Virus record (IMG/VR): IMGVR_UViG_3300021387_000994
Coordinates: 32,001 to 96,000 of that record
DNA from: a virus
Lineage: Duplodnaviria > Caudoviricetes
DNA length: 64,000 nt
Reading direction: 5' to 3' (one strand)
A model generated the notes under the pieces. That model ran no database searches, was not told the DNA's origin, and saw nothing but the letters and a program-made list of their open reading frames with translations. Shown in pieces: positions 28,749 to 38,967 of this stretch. Both the position numbers and the translations under genes were made by a program. The number at the start of each line of letters is the position of its first letter. The stretch's first letter is position 1.

Positions 28749-28793
28749 TATAAAAAGACAACTATGTGTTGTCTTTTTTGTTATATTTAATAT

Positions 28794-29561
28794 ATGTTAG
28801 AAATTAATAAAATATATAACCAAGATTGTCTTGAAGGTATGAAAGAGATAGATGACAAGTCAATCGACTGCATCATCTGTGATTTACCTTATGAGGTTCT
28901 CAATAAATCGAATGAAAACGCCAAATGGGACGTTGTGATACCTTTTGACAAACTATGGGAACAATACAACAGAATAATCAAGGACAACGGTGCTATATTA
29001 CTTTTTGGACAAGGTATGTTCACTGCACAGTTGATGATGAGTAATTCTTCAATGTGGAGGTATAATCTTATATGGAAAAAAGGAAACCGTTCCACAGGTT
29101 TCTTGAATGCAAAAAGGATGCCTCTTCGTAACCACGAAGACATTGTTGTATTCTACAAGAAACTTCCAACATATAATCCACAGAAGGTCATTGGTGCAAA
29201 GAACCACTCTCGTGGTAATGTAAAAAAACAGAAAAACCAATGCTATGGTAAATTTGATGCTTCAGTCACCCAAGATGATTTTTCTGGAATGAAATATCCG
29301 ACGAGTATAATAGATGTTGAGAAAGAACATTGTAAGACATTCCACCCGACACAGAAACCGGTTGAACTTATATCATACTTGATAAAGACTTATACAAATG
29401 AAGGAGACTTAGTTCTAGACAATTGCATTGGAAGTGGAACGACTGCAATCTCTTGTATAAAAGAAAATAGAAATTTTATCGGATTTGAAACAAACGAAGA
29501 ATATTTCGAGAAAGCAAGTAAAAGAATAAATGATGAAAAATCAATAATAAAATTGTTTTAA
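28794..29561 (+). CDS. N4/N6 DNA methyltransferase (beta class)
   Basis: DCLEGM, CDLPY, HPTQKP, VLDNCIGSGTT; paralogue of 17206-17952. Confidence 0.9.
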   Translation: MLEINKIYNQDCLEGMKEIDDKSIDCIICDLPYEVLNKSNENAKWDVVIPFDKLWEQYNRIIKDNGAILLFGQGMFTAQLMMSNSSMWRYNLIWKKGNRSTGFLNAKRMPLRNHEDIVVFYKKLPTYNPQKVIGAKNHSRGNVKKQKNQCYGKFDASVTQDDFSGMKYPTSIIDVEKEHCKTFHPTQKPVELISYLIKTYTNEGDLVLDNCIGSGTTAISCIKENRNFIGFETNEEYFEKASKRINDEKSIIKLF

Positions 29562-29576
29562 CAAAAAAGGTTGGAG

Positions 29577-30455
29577 TCATCTTCCAACCTTTTTTGTTTT
29601 CCAACCATATTTTTTCATTTTCTCGTGAATATACTCCATGTCTTTTTTTGACAGTCCAAACTCGTCCATCAACGACTCATCCGAATAGTCCATATTATTA
29701 GGTTGTGATGGAATCATTTTCAACAGAGATTTAGGACATTTTGTAGATTTTTTGAAAAACATTACAACAAAGAGAACCAAGTCTGTGTTCAACCATTCTA
29801 TGAACTTTTTACAGGAATCCTCACTCGAGAATGTGAAAACGTTCCACTGTCCGTCTGATATTTCCTTACGTGGTGAAAGATTTTCTTGTGTGAACAAAGT
29901 TGGCCAGTCCCATTCGTAATTCCCATCATCACGGACATGACCACGATGAACCGATAGAAGACAATGCCAACCGGATGGTATATTGTATATTTTCTTAACT
30001 CTTTCCTCTCCATGTATGTCAGCGAGTGACATAAATGACATCTCTTTTAAATCCAAACTTTTATGTTTGGAAATCTTTTCAATAATCTTCTTGTTTTCGA
30101 AATGTTCCCCACCAAACCTGATGTTCTTTACAAAGTCACTCGTTATTCCATATTTTCCTTTCTTTGAAAATGTGAAGATACCGACACCACGTATGATGTC
30201 AACCGTTCCGAATATATTCCTCAAACCTTCATCATATTCAAAACCAGATAGCATCAACGACGAATATTTCTCACAGAATCTTTTATAATGTGGGTCTTTT
30301 TCGTTCATATTGTCGACTACCGATGTAGGATTTATCAAACACATGATGCTTTCATCATCCATATTGTTATCGTATATAGATTTGGTTATCTGTATATACA
30401 AAGGGTCCCAGTGACCTTGGTATGGTGGATTGCCTACTATAATATCAAATATCAT
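29577..30455 (-). CDS. Eco57I-like methyltransferase C-terminal (catalytic NPPY + TRD) half
   Basis: Begins directly with MIFDIIVGNPPY; ends with FGLS..DMEYI; no SAM-binding motif I. Confidence 0.8.
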   Translation of the reverse strand: MIFDIIVGNPPYQGHWDPLYIQITKSIYDNNMDDESIMCLINPTSVVDNMNEKDPHYKRFCEKYSSLMLSGFEYDEGLRNIFGTVDIIRGVGIFTFSKKGKYGITSDFVKNIRFGGEHFENKKIIEKISKHKSLDLKEMSFMSLADIHGEERVKKIYNIPSGWHCLLSVHRGHVRDDGNYEWDWPTLFTQENLSPRKEISDGQWNVFTFSSEDSCKKFIEWLNTDLVLFVVMFFKKSTKCPKSLLKMIPSQPNNMDYSDESLMDEFGLSKKDMEYIHEKMKKYGWKTKKVGR

Positions 30456-30502
30456 ATATTAAAAATAACAAACGGAAGATTTTTTTAGTCTTCCGTTCTT
30501 AT

Positions 30503-31642
30503 TTATTTCAATTTTTCATGATTACCATAAACTGTCTTTGGTATGATTGCAAGTGTGATTGGGAGGATGGATGCAACACCCCATTTCTGAAGTTCAAGAC
30601 AAATGTCATCAAGTGTTGCACCTGAAGATATGTTGTCGTCGAATACGACAACATGTTTTCCTTTAAGTTTAAGTCTCATATCTTTCAATTTTGGATTTAT
30701 TACAAAAAGACCTTCGATAGACCTTCTGTGTTTATCATCCAAAGACTTGATTTCAAATTTCTTTGCCCTTCCGTTTTCGTCCTTTGTTTTATCTTTACCT
30801 CTTCTACCAAAATTATGTCTCCTAATTTTTATGAGTTCCTCTATGGCCTTTATCTCATTTTTTTTATCCGTCACATCCCGTGTAGGTCTTCCTCTTTTTC
30901 CGATTGCATATGCAATAGAATCATTCAGTTCATCAACCCTGACCCTTAAATTATAAATGTCTGCATCGAATTGCCAATTCTCAATATCTTTTTGAAGTTT
31001 ATGTATCTCCATGTCTGTAAGACCGATACTCTTTGCAACATCTGTATTAACAACAACATTTTTTATATCTTTAATAAGTAAGTCTGGAATACACTTGATA
31101 CCAGGTGAATCCTTATATCTCTTCATTATATAATTGACCATATCCTTGTTGAAATCACTAGAACTCTGTGGAAAAGTTATTATATCTATGGGGTTGTCTT
31201 TTAAAAGATGATATATGTACAAAGATGTCCTCTTCATAAATCTATCGATTGAATCAAAGTCTATATTTCTCTTTTCTATATTCTTGAACTTACTTGGGTG
31301 TTTCAATGCCATAGAAACTCTCATATCAGATATTTTATATAGGTTGTATGACATCACGTTACTTTTTGGTAGAAGCACTTCGTGATATTCGAATTTTTTA
31401 TCGTCATTGAATATTTCTGTAGATGTTGAATCTGTATCATTCTTACCTGGTGTAAATCTAAAAGTTCTGTCACTTGAACGACCACGTGACCCGAAAGACC
31501 ATCCTTCATTGCATAAATCAATTTTATCATACCCCATCTCATGTTCCTCTTCCATAAGGAGTTCGATAAAATCAAATATAGACAATGAATCTTCAATTAC
31601 AACATTATCTACAAATTCATCATATGTTTTTATATTATTCAT
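30503..31642 (-). CDS. phosphoribosyltransferase-fold protein with capsid-targeting-like leader
   Basis: PRPP loop VVVFDDNISSGATL; PQSSS; N-terminal IKTYDEFVD; late promoter at 31667-31674. Confidence 0.75.
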   Translation of the reverse strand: MNNIKTYDEFVDNVVIEDSLSIFDFIELLMEEEHEMGYDKIDLCNEGWSFGSRGRSSDRTFRFTPGKNDTDSTSTEIFNDDKKFEYHEVLLPKSNVMSYNLYKISDMRVSMALKHPSKFKNIEKRNIDFDSIDRFMKRTSLYIYHLLKDNPIDIITFPQSSSDFNKDMVNYIMKRYKDSPGIKCIPDLLIKDIKNVVVNTDVAKSIGLTDMEIHKLQKDIENWQFDADIYNLRVRVDELNDSIAYAIGKRGRPTRDVTDKKNEIKAIEELIKIRRHNFGRRGKDKTKDENGRAKKFEIKSLDDKHRRSIEGLFVINPKLKDMRLKLKGKHVVVFDDNISSGATLDDICLELQKWGVASILPITLAIIPKTVYGNHEKLK

Positions 31643-31713
31643 ATCATTAAAATAATCATTTTATAATATTTATGAGAAAGGACTTGGAACAAAAGTCCCA
31701 AGTCCTTTCAATA

Positions 31714-34656
31714 TTAAAACAGCGGAACATCGTGTGACATGCTTATGTCGATTGGTGAATATCCCATAGCTTCTATTATTCTGTTCATTGGACTGAGAAT
31801 AAGCAAGTCGAACATTTTATCATAGTCGATTTCAAAACCACTTGCCATATCCATCGGGTATTGACCAGATGGATAACTAAATGCTTGTATCGGTTCTTGA
31901 ACTTGACAGTCTGTATAATAATCAACACCATTACGTTTTTCAATAATACCACCTTTTATAAATCTAATCTCTTGATGTTTCATTATAGTAGGAATATCAG
32001 AAACTTTTATATCACAACATTTCCAATAAGTATACTTATTACTTGGTTTGATATACAGAACACAGAGTTTATCACTATCCACTAATGTCGTATATTTTTT
32101 CTTATATTTCTCACTATTATTGAGAAGCCAATTATAAAATGCTGCTCCTTGAACTGTAACCATCGCCTTACCAAATAGTTCAACTTCATTTGTATCATTA
32201 AGAACATAGTCTGAATATTTATTCATACCTTTATTAACCGACACAGTTTCATAATTTTGTAACATAAAATTTTTCTTAACTTCTTTCATCTGTTTAACAA
32301 AACCCTCGATTGTGAATTTCTCTTGTTTGAATATCCACTTAATCAAATCCGTCATCTGCTTCTTGACCCAAGTCGAACTAGATGTCTGTGCAATCTCAAT
32401 ACCGGTCGGTTTGATTTTAGTGCAAGAATCATAGTAAACATTTGGCTCAGCCCAAGTGGTATTCTTCACATACTTTTTCTTAGCGAGCCAGATACCAGCC
32501 TCATTGTATGCCTCCAACTCGAAGTCGAGAATATTAGGTGTTCCCTGCTTGGCAGCATAGTCCTCGTGTATCTTCTTCAAGAAGTCCTTCATAAACACAC
32601 GGTCAAGAGTAAGACAGAACTCACGACCTGCTGGTTCTATTTTATCAATCTCAAAATCATACTTTTCTTTATCGATTGAATCGACATCAAAATATTGTCT
32701 TGCATCATCTTCAGTCGGATAACCACCCGAAGACACATACACGAATTCTTTCTGGTCATTCGACTTGTTAATCTTGGTGAGTCTCCACACGTCGTGCAAC
32801 ATCCAATCAGTTGAATTTACAATCTCATAAAATGAACAGTATACGCTATCCGTATCTATGTATCTACTTATAGGTGAGATAGTTACATTTTTATCTGGGA
32901 TACAAACACCCATTTTTTTATGTGTTTTTTCATCAATAAGCCAACCTTTTTGTGCCCATAGATTCATAAGTCTCTCGGCGTTCAAGATGGCGTGCTTACC
33001 TTGTTTTGTAACAGATTCAGCAATATTCTTGTTATAGAAGTAGAAACCGGAGAATCCGAAAGCACCATAGATACCGTTAATTACAACCTTTGTACCAAGT
33101 TGATAGTTATTGTAGATGTCTGCTTGTGTGGTACAGAAAGTAAGAACATCATCCATCTGTTTACCAATCAAATCACCAAGGTCGTTCTTTTTCATATAGT
33201 CTTCTATCTCTTCTTGACTTGCACCATTGTGCATAAGGTCTTTCAAGTCATAGTAGCACTGTGTGTATTTGAACGATGTCTTCTTGTATGCCTTTCTTTT
33301 GAAGTAAAGGTCTGTGATAATTTTTTTCAAATTACCATCCTCTTTTTCATATACTGCACCAGAAGCACATACAATATAACCCTTATCTCTCCACTGTTGT
33401 TTCAGTTCCTCATCATCTTCGGGAAGCATCTTGACAAGTGTTTCCGGACCGATATTGAACTGTCTCATCAAAGACGGATAAAGTGAGGCGTAGTCGTTAC
33501 ATGTGCAATACTTGTGAAGACCTGGAACAGGCTGCTTGACGAATGCCCCCTCATATTTCTCACCATCACCTTTCTTCTTTGGCTTTGAAGAAACTGCAAG
33601 GACACGACCTTGTTCAGCAAACTTCTGTCTTAAAAGATTTTCAGGAATATATGTAGTAGAGAAACAATCCATTGCACGGATATGACCCAACCATGCAGTG
33701 GTGATACCACAAGTCAATGCATTACATTTTTCGTGGATGAGTTTTACGAGACCACAGTCGATAGCATTATAATACACATACTTCTGAAAGTTGTTGTTGA
33801 ACATATCATCGAGACTCTCACTGTGCTGTACTTTTTTGATACCACAGAGTTTCTCACCGATATAGTCGAGTTTGTAATTCTCATTGGAGTTCCAAGTCCA
33901 TTTCTTGTATGCTTTCAAATAGTCGATAAGACCGACGTGACATGGACGCTCAAACTGACCAGTCATTTTATGAGTAGGTGACGAAATGTTTATGTTTATT
34001 TCAAGTTTTTTCGCCCTGTTTATGATATACCTCCAGTCATATTCCTCAAAGTTCCAACCGGTCATCATGGCCATATTCGGAACAAGTTTGTTCAAGAAGA
34101 AATACAACATGTCATATTCCGTATTGAAACAACGGAAAGCAAACTTGAACTTACGGTTTACTTGTGCAAAATGGTCGTCGATTTGCTTTTGAATATCCTC
34201 GATTTGTTTTCTATTTAAGTTCTTTCCACCAGAAAGAACCATAATAGTATCATTTGGGCAACACACACCAATGACAGTTATCGGCTTATCCGCCTTTTCT
34301 GGGTCAGGTTTTCCCTCTTGCATCAAGTTCTCAATATCTATGAAAAACATTTCAGGAAGATTGTATGAGAATATCCTTTCCTTTACATCTTCCGGAAGAT
34401 TGTCAACAATCTCATACATCCTATATCTATTCAAGACATGTTTTGGATTTGTGAGATTCAACTTATGTTTCCATACTTTGTCTTTGTTCCAGTTCTTGAC
34501 TGTTCCACCAGGTTCATCTTTTTTGTCGATGGGTTCTGTGAGCCAAGTGTACCAATCCTTTTCTTGAATTGGAATCACATCGATGTGTGTCTTGTGGTCA
34601 TCTCCCCAATAGGAAATTTCCAAGTTTGTTCCGTTTTGTACTAAATCTAATAACAT
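31714..34656 (-). CDS. gp43: family B DNA polymerase (gp43-like)
   Basis: Exonuclease FIDIE, GWNFEEYD, YNAID; polymerase DYASLYPS, KVVINGIYG, YIDTDS, KKKY. Confidence 0.95.
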   Translation of the reverse strand: MLLDLVQNGTNLEISYWGDDHKTHIDVIPIQEKDWYTWLTEPIDKKDEPGGTVKNWNKDKVWKHKLNLTNPKHVLNRYRMYEIVDNLPEDVKERIFSYNLPEMFFIDIENLMQEGKPDPEKADKPITVIGVCCPNDTIMVLSGGKNLNRKQIEDIQKQIDDHFAQVNRKFKFAFRCFNTEYDMLYFFLNKLVPNMAMMTGWNFEEYDWRYIINRAKKLEININISSPTHKMTGQFERPCHVGLIDYLKAYKKWTWNSNENYKLDYIGEKLCGIKKVQHSESLDDMFNNNFQKYVYYNAIDCGLVKLIHEKCNALTCGITTAWLGHIRAMDCFSTTYIPENLLRQKFAEQGRVLAVSSKPKKKGDGEKYEGAFVKQPVPGLHKYCTCNDYASLYPSLMRQFNIGPETLVKMLPEDDEELKQQWRDKGYIVCASGAVYEKEDGNLKKIITDLYFKRKAYKKTSFKYTQCYYDLKDLMHNGASQEEIEDYMKKNDLGDLIGKQMDDVLTFCTTQADIYNNYQLGTKVVINGIYGAFGFSGFYFYNKNIAESVTKQGKHAILNAERLMNLWAQKGWLIDEKTHKKMGVCIPDKNVTISPISRYIDTDSVYCSFYEIVNSTDWMLHDVWRLTKINKSNDQKEFVYVSSGGYPTEDDARQYFDVDSIDKEKYDFEIDKIEPAGREFCLTLDRVFMKDFLKKIHEDYAAKQGTPNILDFELEAYNEAGIWLAKKKYVKNTTWAEPNVYYDSCTKIKPTGIEIAQTSSSTWVKKQMTDLIKWIFKQEKFTIEGFVKQMKEVKKNFMLQNYETVSVNKGMNKYSDYVLNDTNEVELFGKAMVTVQGAAFYNWLLNNSEKYKKKYTTLVDSDKLCVLYIKPSNKYTYWKCCDIKVSDIPTIMKHQEIRFIKGGIIEKRNGVDYYTDCQVQEPIQAFSYPSGQYPMDMASGFEIDYDKMFDLLILSPMNRIIEAMGYSPIDISMSHDVPLF

Positions 34657-34785
34657 ATTACTTTTTATTTTTATGTGTCCGTTTAGAAGCGGGCAAGTTT
34701 AATCAATCTAAATATAACAAATGGTCGTATAAAAAATATTATTTTTTTTTGTTATATTTAGACTATAAATAAGATAAAAAAATAT

Positions 34786-35394
34786 ATGTGCAATACATAC
34801 GAAGACTGGTATGAAAAAGAATTTAACAAACACGAATCATTATTAGACGAAGAGATTGTCCTAAGAAACCACAAACTTGTTGACGAAAATGGTGTAGATA
34901 TTTCAAAAAAGAAAAGTTCAGAAAAGACTGTAGAGGAAAGAATAAAGACATCAAGGTCGTTAAAAATCAAATATAACAAATGGAACCAAGTAGACTTCAC
35001 AGAAGACAACTACCAACAGGACAAGATAGCAATAGACAAAGACTATTCTGAACAAAGAATGTCATCCTTCGATGATGTTGAGTTTGAACAGAAGTTCCAT
35101 GAGATAATCAAAAATTCAAAATATAAAGCGATACTGCTTGATGATGATTGTGAAAAGGTGGTCATCAATTATCAAATTATAAATGACATACTTCTATACA
35201 TTTATGCAAGGATGAAAAACGAATACACCTTGTCAAAAATATTTGTAATGGTATGTGAATATTGTGGAATCAATATACAGACAATGTGGAAAAGACTAAG
35301 TTCATACATACAAAAAACCATACTTGAAGAACTATCGGAATACAGTCCGTTGGCAAGTTTGGAATTAGATAAAGAAGAAAATCAATTATTTTAA
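34786..35394 (+). CDS. hypothetical protein ending NQLF
   Basis: 202-aa ORF; promoter motif at 34748-34760. Confidence 0.65.
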   Translation: MCNTYEDWYEKEFNKHESLLDEEIVLRNHKLVDENGVDISKKKSSEKTVEERIKTSRSLKIKYNKWNQVDFTEDNYQQDKIAIDKDYSEQRMSSFDDVEFEQKFHEIIKNSKYKAILLDDDCEKVVINYQIINDILLYIYARMKNEYTLSKIFVMVCEYCGINIQTMWKRLSSYIQKTILEELSEYSPLASLELDKEENQLF

Positions 35395-35399
35395 AAACT

Positions 35400-35657
35400 A
35401 TGGAAGATATAAAATTTTTTTCAGTAACAGTAAAGTTGGAAGAAGAGACCGACATGGTAGACAAGGTCGGTAATCCAAAAATCAAAAAGTGGTCGGAAGA
35501 CTATCTTGTAAGAGCAACGACATCACACGAAGCAAACGAAATCGTCAAGAAAGAGATGGACGGAGTTACCGCCGAATGGAGAATCTCAAAAATTGCCGAA
35601 ACAAAATTTCTTGCCGTACTTGATGCAAATGGAGAAGTTGAATGTAACATTCAATAA
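35400..35657 (+). CDS. DUF4494-like protein
   Basis: FFSVTVK..KKWSEDYLVRA.T..EA..V..EM..WRI..I.ET pattern of this Bacteroidota-associated family. Confidence 0.6.
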   Translation: MEDIKFFSVTVKLEEETDMVDKVGNPKIKKWSEDYLVRATTSHEANEIVKKEMDGVTAEWRISKIAETKFLAVLDANGEVECNIQ

Positions 35658-35658
35658 T

Positions 35659-35690
35659 AAAAAAGACCGTGAATCATCACGGTCTTTTTT
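35659..35690 (+). terminator. intrinsic terminator
   Basis: AAAAAGACCGTGA-ATCA-TCACGGTCTTTTT. Confidence 0.75.
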
Positions 35691-35732
35691 ATTTTAATTC
35701 ATAAATATAAATAGAATAAATCACTATCAATT

Positions 35733-36218
35733 ATGAATAATCTAAAAGATTTTGAACAATATGTCAATGAGGCAAAATCTGTGAGAGAGATTGTGAGAGA
35801 CCTTGCCCGTCGTTTGTCTTTTGACAAAGATGTTATTAAATTCTTGAACACTTCGAGAGCAAAAAGAACGATGGGTTGGAGAGAACTTCTTCAAAGTAAA
35901 CTACATGGTAACAATCTAGATTACATAAACTATATCACAAAAAACATGGTCGCCGACTATAACCCACAGATTACCGGTTATATAAATGTAAAAGACGAAG
36001 ATGAAGGAGATTTCGATGAAGAAGAGGAAGAAAAGAACAAAGAAAGAAAAGGTGTCTTGGGTGATGATTTAGACGACATAGAAAGCAGGGTTGAAGACAT
36101 TGAATATGTATTGGGGATAGACCCTGACGACAGAGACACCATTGAAATTGCAAAAGATAAACTTGGTTTAAACACCGATGACAGTGACGATGACGAAAAC
36201 ATCGTTGAGGAGGAATAA
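35733..36218 (+). CDS. putative head-internal protein with acidic C-terminus
   Basis: LKDFEQYVNE leader; late promoter at 35700-35707. Confidence 0.65.
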   Translation: MNNLKDFEQYVNEAKSVREIVRDLARRLSFDKDVIKFLNTSRAKRTMGWRELLQSKLHGNNLDYINYITKNMVADYNPQITGYINVKDEDEGDFDEEEEEKNKERKGVLGDDLDDIESRVEDIEYVLGIDPDDRDTIEIAKDKLGLNTDDSDDDENIVEEE

Positions 36219-36220
36219 CA

Positions 36221-37138
36221 ATGAACGAATACAATAACAAATACAACAAAGATGACGTATTTATCAGAAATATGATAGTATGTTTCCTTGCTGAATTAAA
36301 CAAAAAAATTTATTATTATAACAGAGTCGACAACAATACGTTGAATAAAATAAATGTTCCTTGTATGTATTCCATCACTGGACAGGAGAAATTTTTAAAA
36401 GATGAATTTTTTTATGACCCAATAAACATGGGAATGGCAATTGGTGACTATGAGAGACTTCCACGTGTTATTGTAAATCTTTCTGGACTCAATATCAATA
36501 CGGCGGAACAGACCAACAAATATAACCATACAAAAATTGTACGTGAGTCGAATGGAAAGATGAGAACATGTTATTTGAACGTGGAATGGATTCCTGTCCA
36601 GCTTTCATTCGACTGCAATCTTGTTTGCTCAAACAACATAGAGTTATTTAAGATAACCGAATGTATCATTTCAAAAATTTACAAAAATCCAAATTACTTC
36701 AAAGTTGATTTGGGGATGTGCAATGTCGATGGTGCATTTGAGGTACAAGAGAATTATTCAAACGAAATCCCAACGGAATTCGGTCTTAATGAAAAAAAAG
36801 AGTTCAGAATGAATTTCTCAATGGAAATGAAAAGTTTCATACCGGCGTTCGAACATGGACTCCTTCTATGTGAGATTGACGAAATGCTCTCAAAGATACC
36901 GAAAGAAAACAATGGTATTGTCATGTTTCGTGCTGATGACTATGGAAACATGGGAATGAGAACTGGTGGTGTCTTGGAAACTTTCCGTGTGTCTGAATAT
37001 GCTTACAGGATAGAACCACCAGAACTATTGTCTAACACACATAAAGTTCCAATGCAAGCCTTTACAGAAGAAGAATTGGAACAAAAAGATATAAAAGAAG
37101 ATTTAGTTGTTCGTTTTTACTATTCTCCAGATAAGTAA
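36221..37138 (+). CDS. T4 gp15-like tail sheath stabiliser/terminator
   Basis: INVPCMY..EKFL..LPRVIV..PVQLSFD..ITECII pattern. Confidence 0.65.
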   Translation: MNEYNNKYNKDDVFIRNMIVCFLAELNKKIYYYNRVDNNTLNKINVPCMYSITGQEKFLKDEFFYDPINMGMAIGDYERLPRVIVNLSGLNINTAEQTNKYNHTKIVRESNGKMRTCYLNVEWIPVQLSFDCNLVCSNNIELFKITECIISKIYKNPNYFKVDLGMCNVDGAFEVQENYSNEIPTEFGLNEKKEFRMNFSMEMKSFIPAFEHGLLLCEIDEMLSKIPKENNGIVMFRADDYGNMGMRTGGVLETFRVSEYAYRIEPPELLSNTHKVPMQAFTEEELEQKDIKEDLVVRFYYSPDK

Positions 37139-37179
37139 AATCCACATAAATACTATTATAACACATAAAAAGAAAGATA

Positions 37180-38934
37180 ATGTTAACTCTACAAAATATC
37201 TTGAACACAGAAGGTCAAGAATTTATAAACAATCTTTTAAATAAGGAAGTTGTAGTTATCGAGAAATTAAATGCTGCAACATTATCGTTTAAAAAGAAAC
37301 AATCGTCCGATATGGACTTGAATAGAAAACTCACATTCTATAAAGGTTCCGGTTCAAACAAGAAAGAGATAACCATTGCCGACAAAGTGATGACTACGTT
37401 CTATTCAAACGGGATGACTTACTTGAGTAATATGAGTAAACTAATCATAGACAGAATACCGGCTAACTGGACATTCGTTTGCAGATATTTTCCTAACCAC
37501 CAACCAAGTTTCATCAACTATTCTGTACTACCGAAAAACAACTTGGTTCTTTCGTGCATTATAACAAACGGAGGTACCAAGATTGACGACGTTGACGATT
37601 TGAGAAGTTGGGCAGAAATGTTTGATATCGCTTATCAAGAACCAGTTTTTAAAGGATTTCTTTCTGAGTATCAGAAAGAAAGATTAACAGACTATATTAA
37701 AGATGGTTCAAACAACAAAGACTCTTTTGCAAGATTTGTAATCACTTTGTTGAACCCAAGTCTAACACATTCCATCTATCAAGATGATGGATTTGAATCG
37801 CCAATCGACGGATTTATTTTCAAATTCATATCAGATGATGGAATAACAAAACCAATCTCGGCTAAACTCATAGACCCATATATGTCTGGACTCATCGCCA
37901 AAAACAAAGCCAAAAAGGGATTTAACGACAACAAGGACGTACTTCTATCCGATTTCACTATTTTTATGATGGGTCAGGATTTAAATTCTATCATACTTAC
38001 GAGCAATTCAAACGAAGACAGGTATCTAGAACTTTTCTATATATTGTTCAACAGATACATCAAGTATAAGAAAGCACAACTCGAAGACTTCGATATTGAT
38101 ACAAACGATGTTGTTAAAGAAAGTATTGAAATAGATTTTTCAGTAGATTTAGATAAAATCTCAAATGAAACAACAAAAAAACTCTTGACTGAAAATCCAG
38201 AATATCGTAATATATTCAAAACACTTCTTGGAAGTTTCCGTACAAAGAAACCGGAAGATTACAAATCTCTCGTCATGGCACCAAATGTTGTCAGAATGTT
38301 TAATAGCATGGTTGATAGTATTTCGGAAAAATCAAAAGTCGGACATAAAAGTAAAAACATGACATTTTCAGATTATCTGTCTGCAATCAAACCAAAAGAT
38401 ATCAACACATTGGATATAAATAACGCTCCAGATGAAGTAAAGGATGAGATGGGAATTTCAGAACCAGAACCACAGAGGGAACCTTTGTCGTTTGCAGACT
38501 TCAAGAAAAAAGACGAGAAAGAAGAAAAGAAAGAAAAAACCGATAAAAGGTTGATGAACATAGAAGATATGATTAAACAACTTAAAGATTCGGTGAAAGA
38601 CATCACAGACGATGTTAAAAAGACAAGAGACGAGGAAGAGAAACAGTCAGAGGATATTGAAAATTTAAAAGATAAAGAAGATAAAGAAGAAAAGGACACA
38701 GAAAAAAAGGACGAAAAAGAAGAAAAGAAATCTGATAACCATTCATCTAATAACGACCACGAATCAAAGTCAGATGAAAAAAATGAAGATGATGGTTCTG
38801 AAGAAGATGATAGTTCTGAAGACGACGAATCAAAAGACGAAAACAAAGACGACGAATCAAAAGAAAAGAACGAAAAGGATGATTCTTCAAAAGAAGATGA
38901 TAAAAAAGATGTCTCCCAATTCGGTGGTTTCTAA
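37180..38934 (+). CDS. late protein with degenerate RNA-ligase-like domain and long charged tail
   Basis: IEKLNA (motif I-like), IDGFIF (motif IV-like), AKLIDP; D/E/K/S-rich C-terminus. Confidence 0.5.
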   Translation: MLTLQNILNTEGQEFINNLLNKEVVVIEKLNAATLSFKKKQSSDMDLNRKLTFYKGSGSNKKEITIADKVMTTFYSNGMTYLSNMSKLIIDRIPANWTFVCRYFPNHQPSFINYSVLPKNNLVLSCIITNGGTKIDDVDDLRSWAEMFDIAYQEPVFKGFLSEYQKERLTDYIKDGSNNKDSFARFVITLLNPSLTHSIYQDDGFESPIDGFIFKFISDDGITKPISAKLIDPYMSGLIAKNKAKKGFNDNKDVLLSDFTIFMMGQDLNSIILTSNSNEDRYLELFYILFNRYIKYKKAQLEDFDIDTNDVVKESIEIDFSVDLDKISNETTKKLLTENPEYRNIFKTLLGSFRTKKPEDYKSLVMAPNVVRMFNSMVDSISEKSKVGHKSKNMTFSDYLSAIKPKDINTLDINNAPDEVKDEMGISEPEPQREPLSFADFKKKDEKEEKKEKTDKRLMNIEDMIKQLKDSVKDITDDVKKTRDEEEKQSEDIENLKDKEDKEEKDTEKKDEKEEKKSDNHSSNNDHESKSDEKNEDDGSEEDDSSEDDESKDENKDDESKEKNEKDDSSKEDDKKDVSQFGGF

Positions 38935-38967
38935 TTTTTCATAAATATATTAAAGTAAATTTATAAA

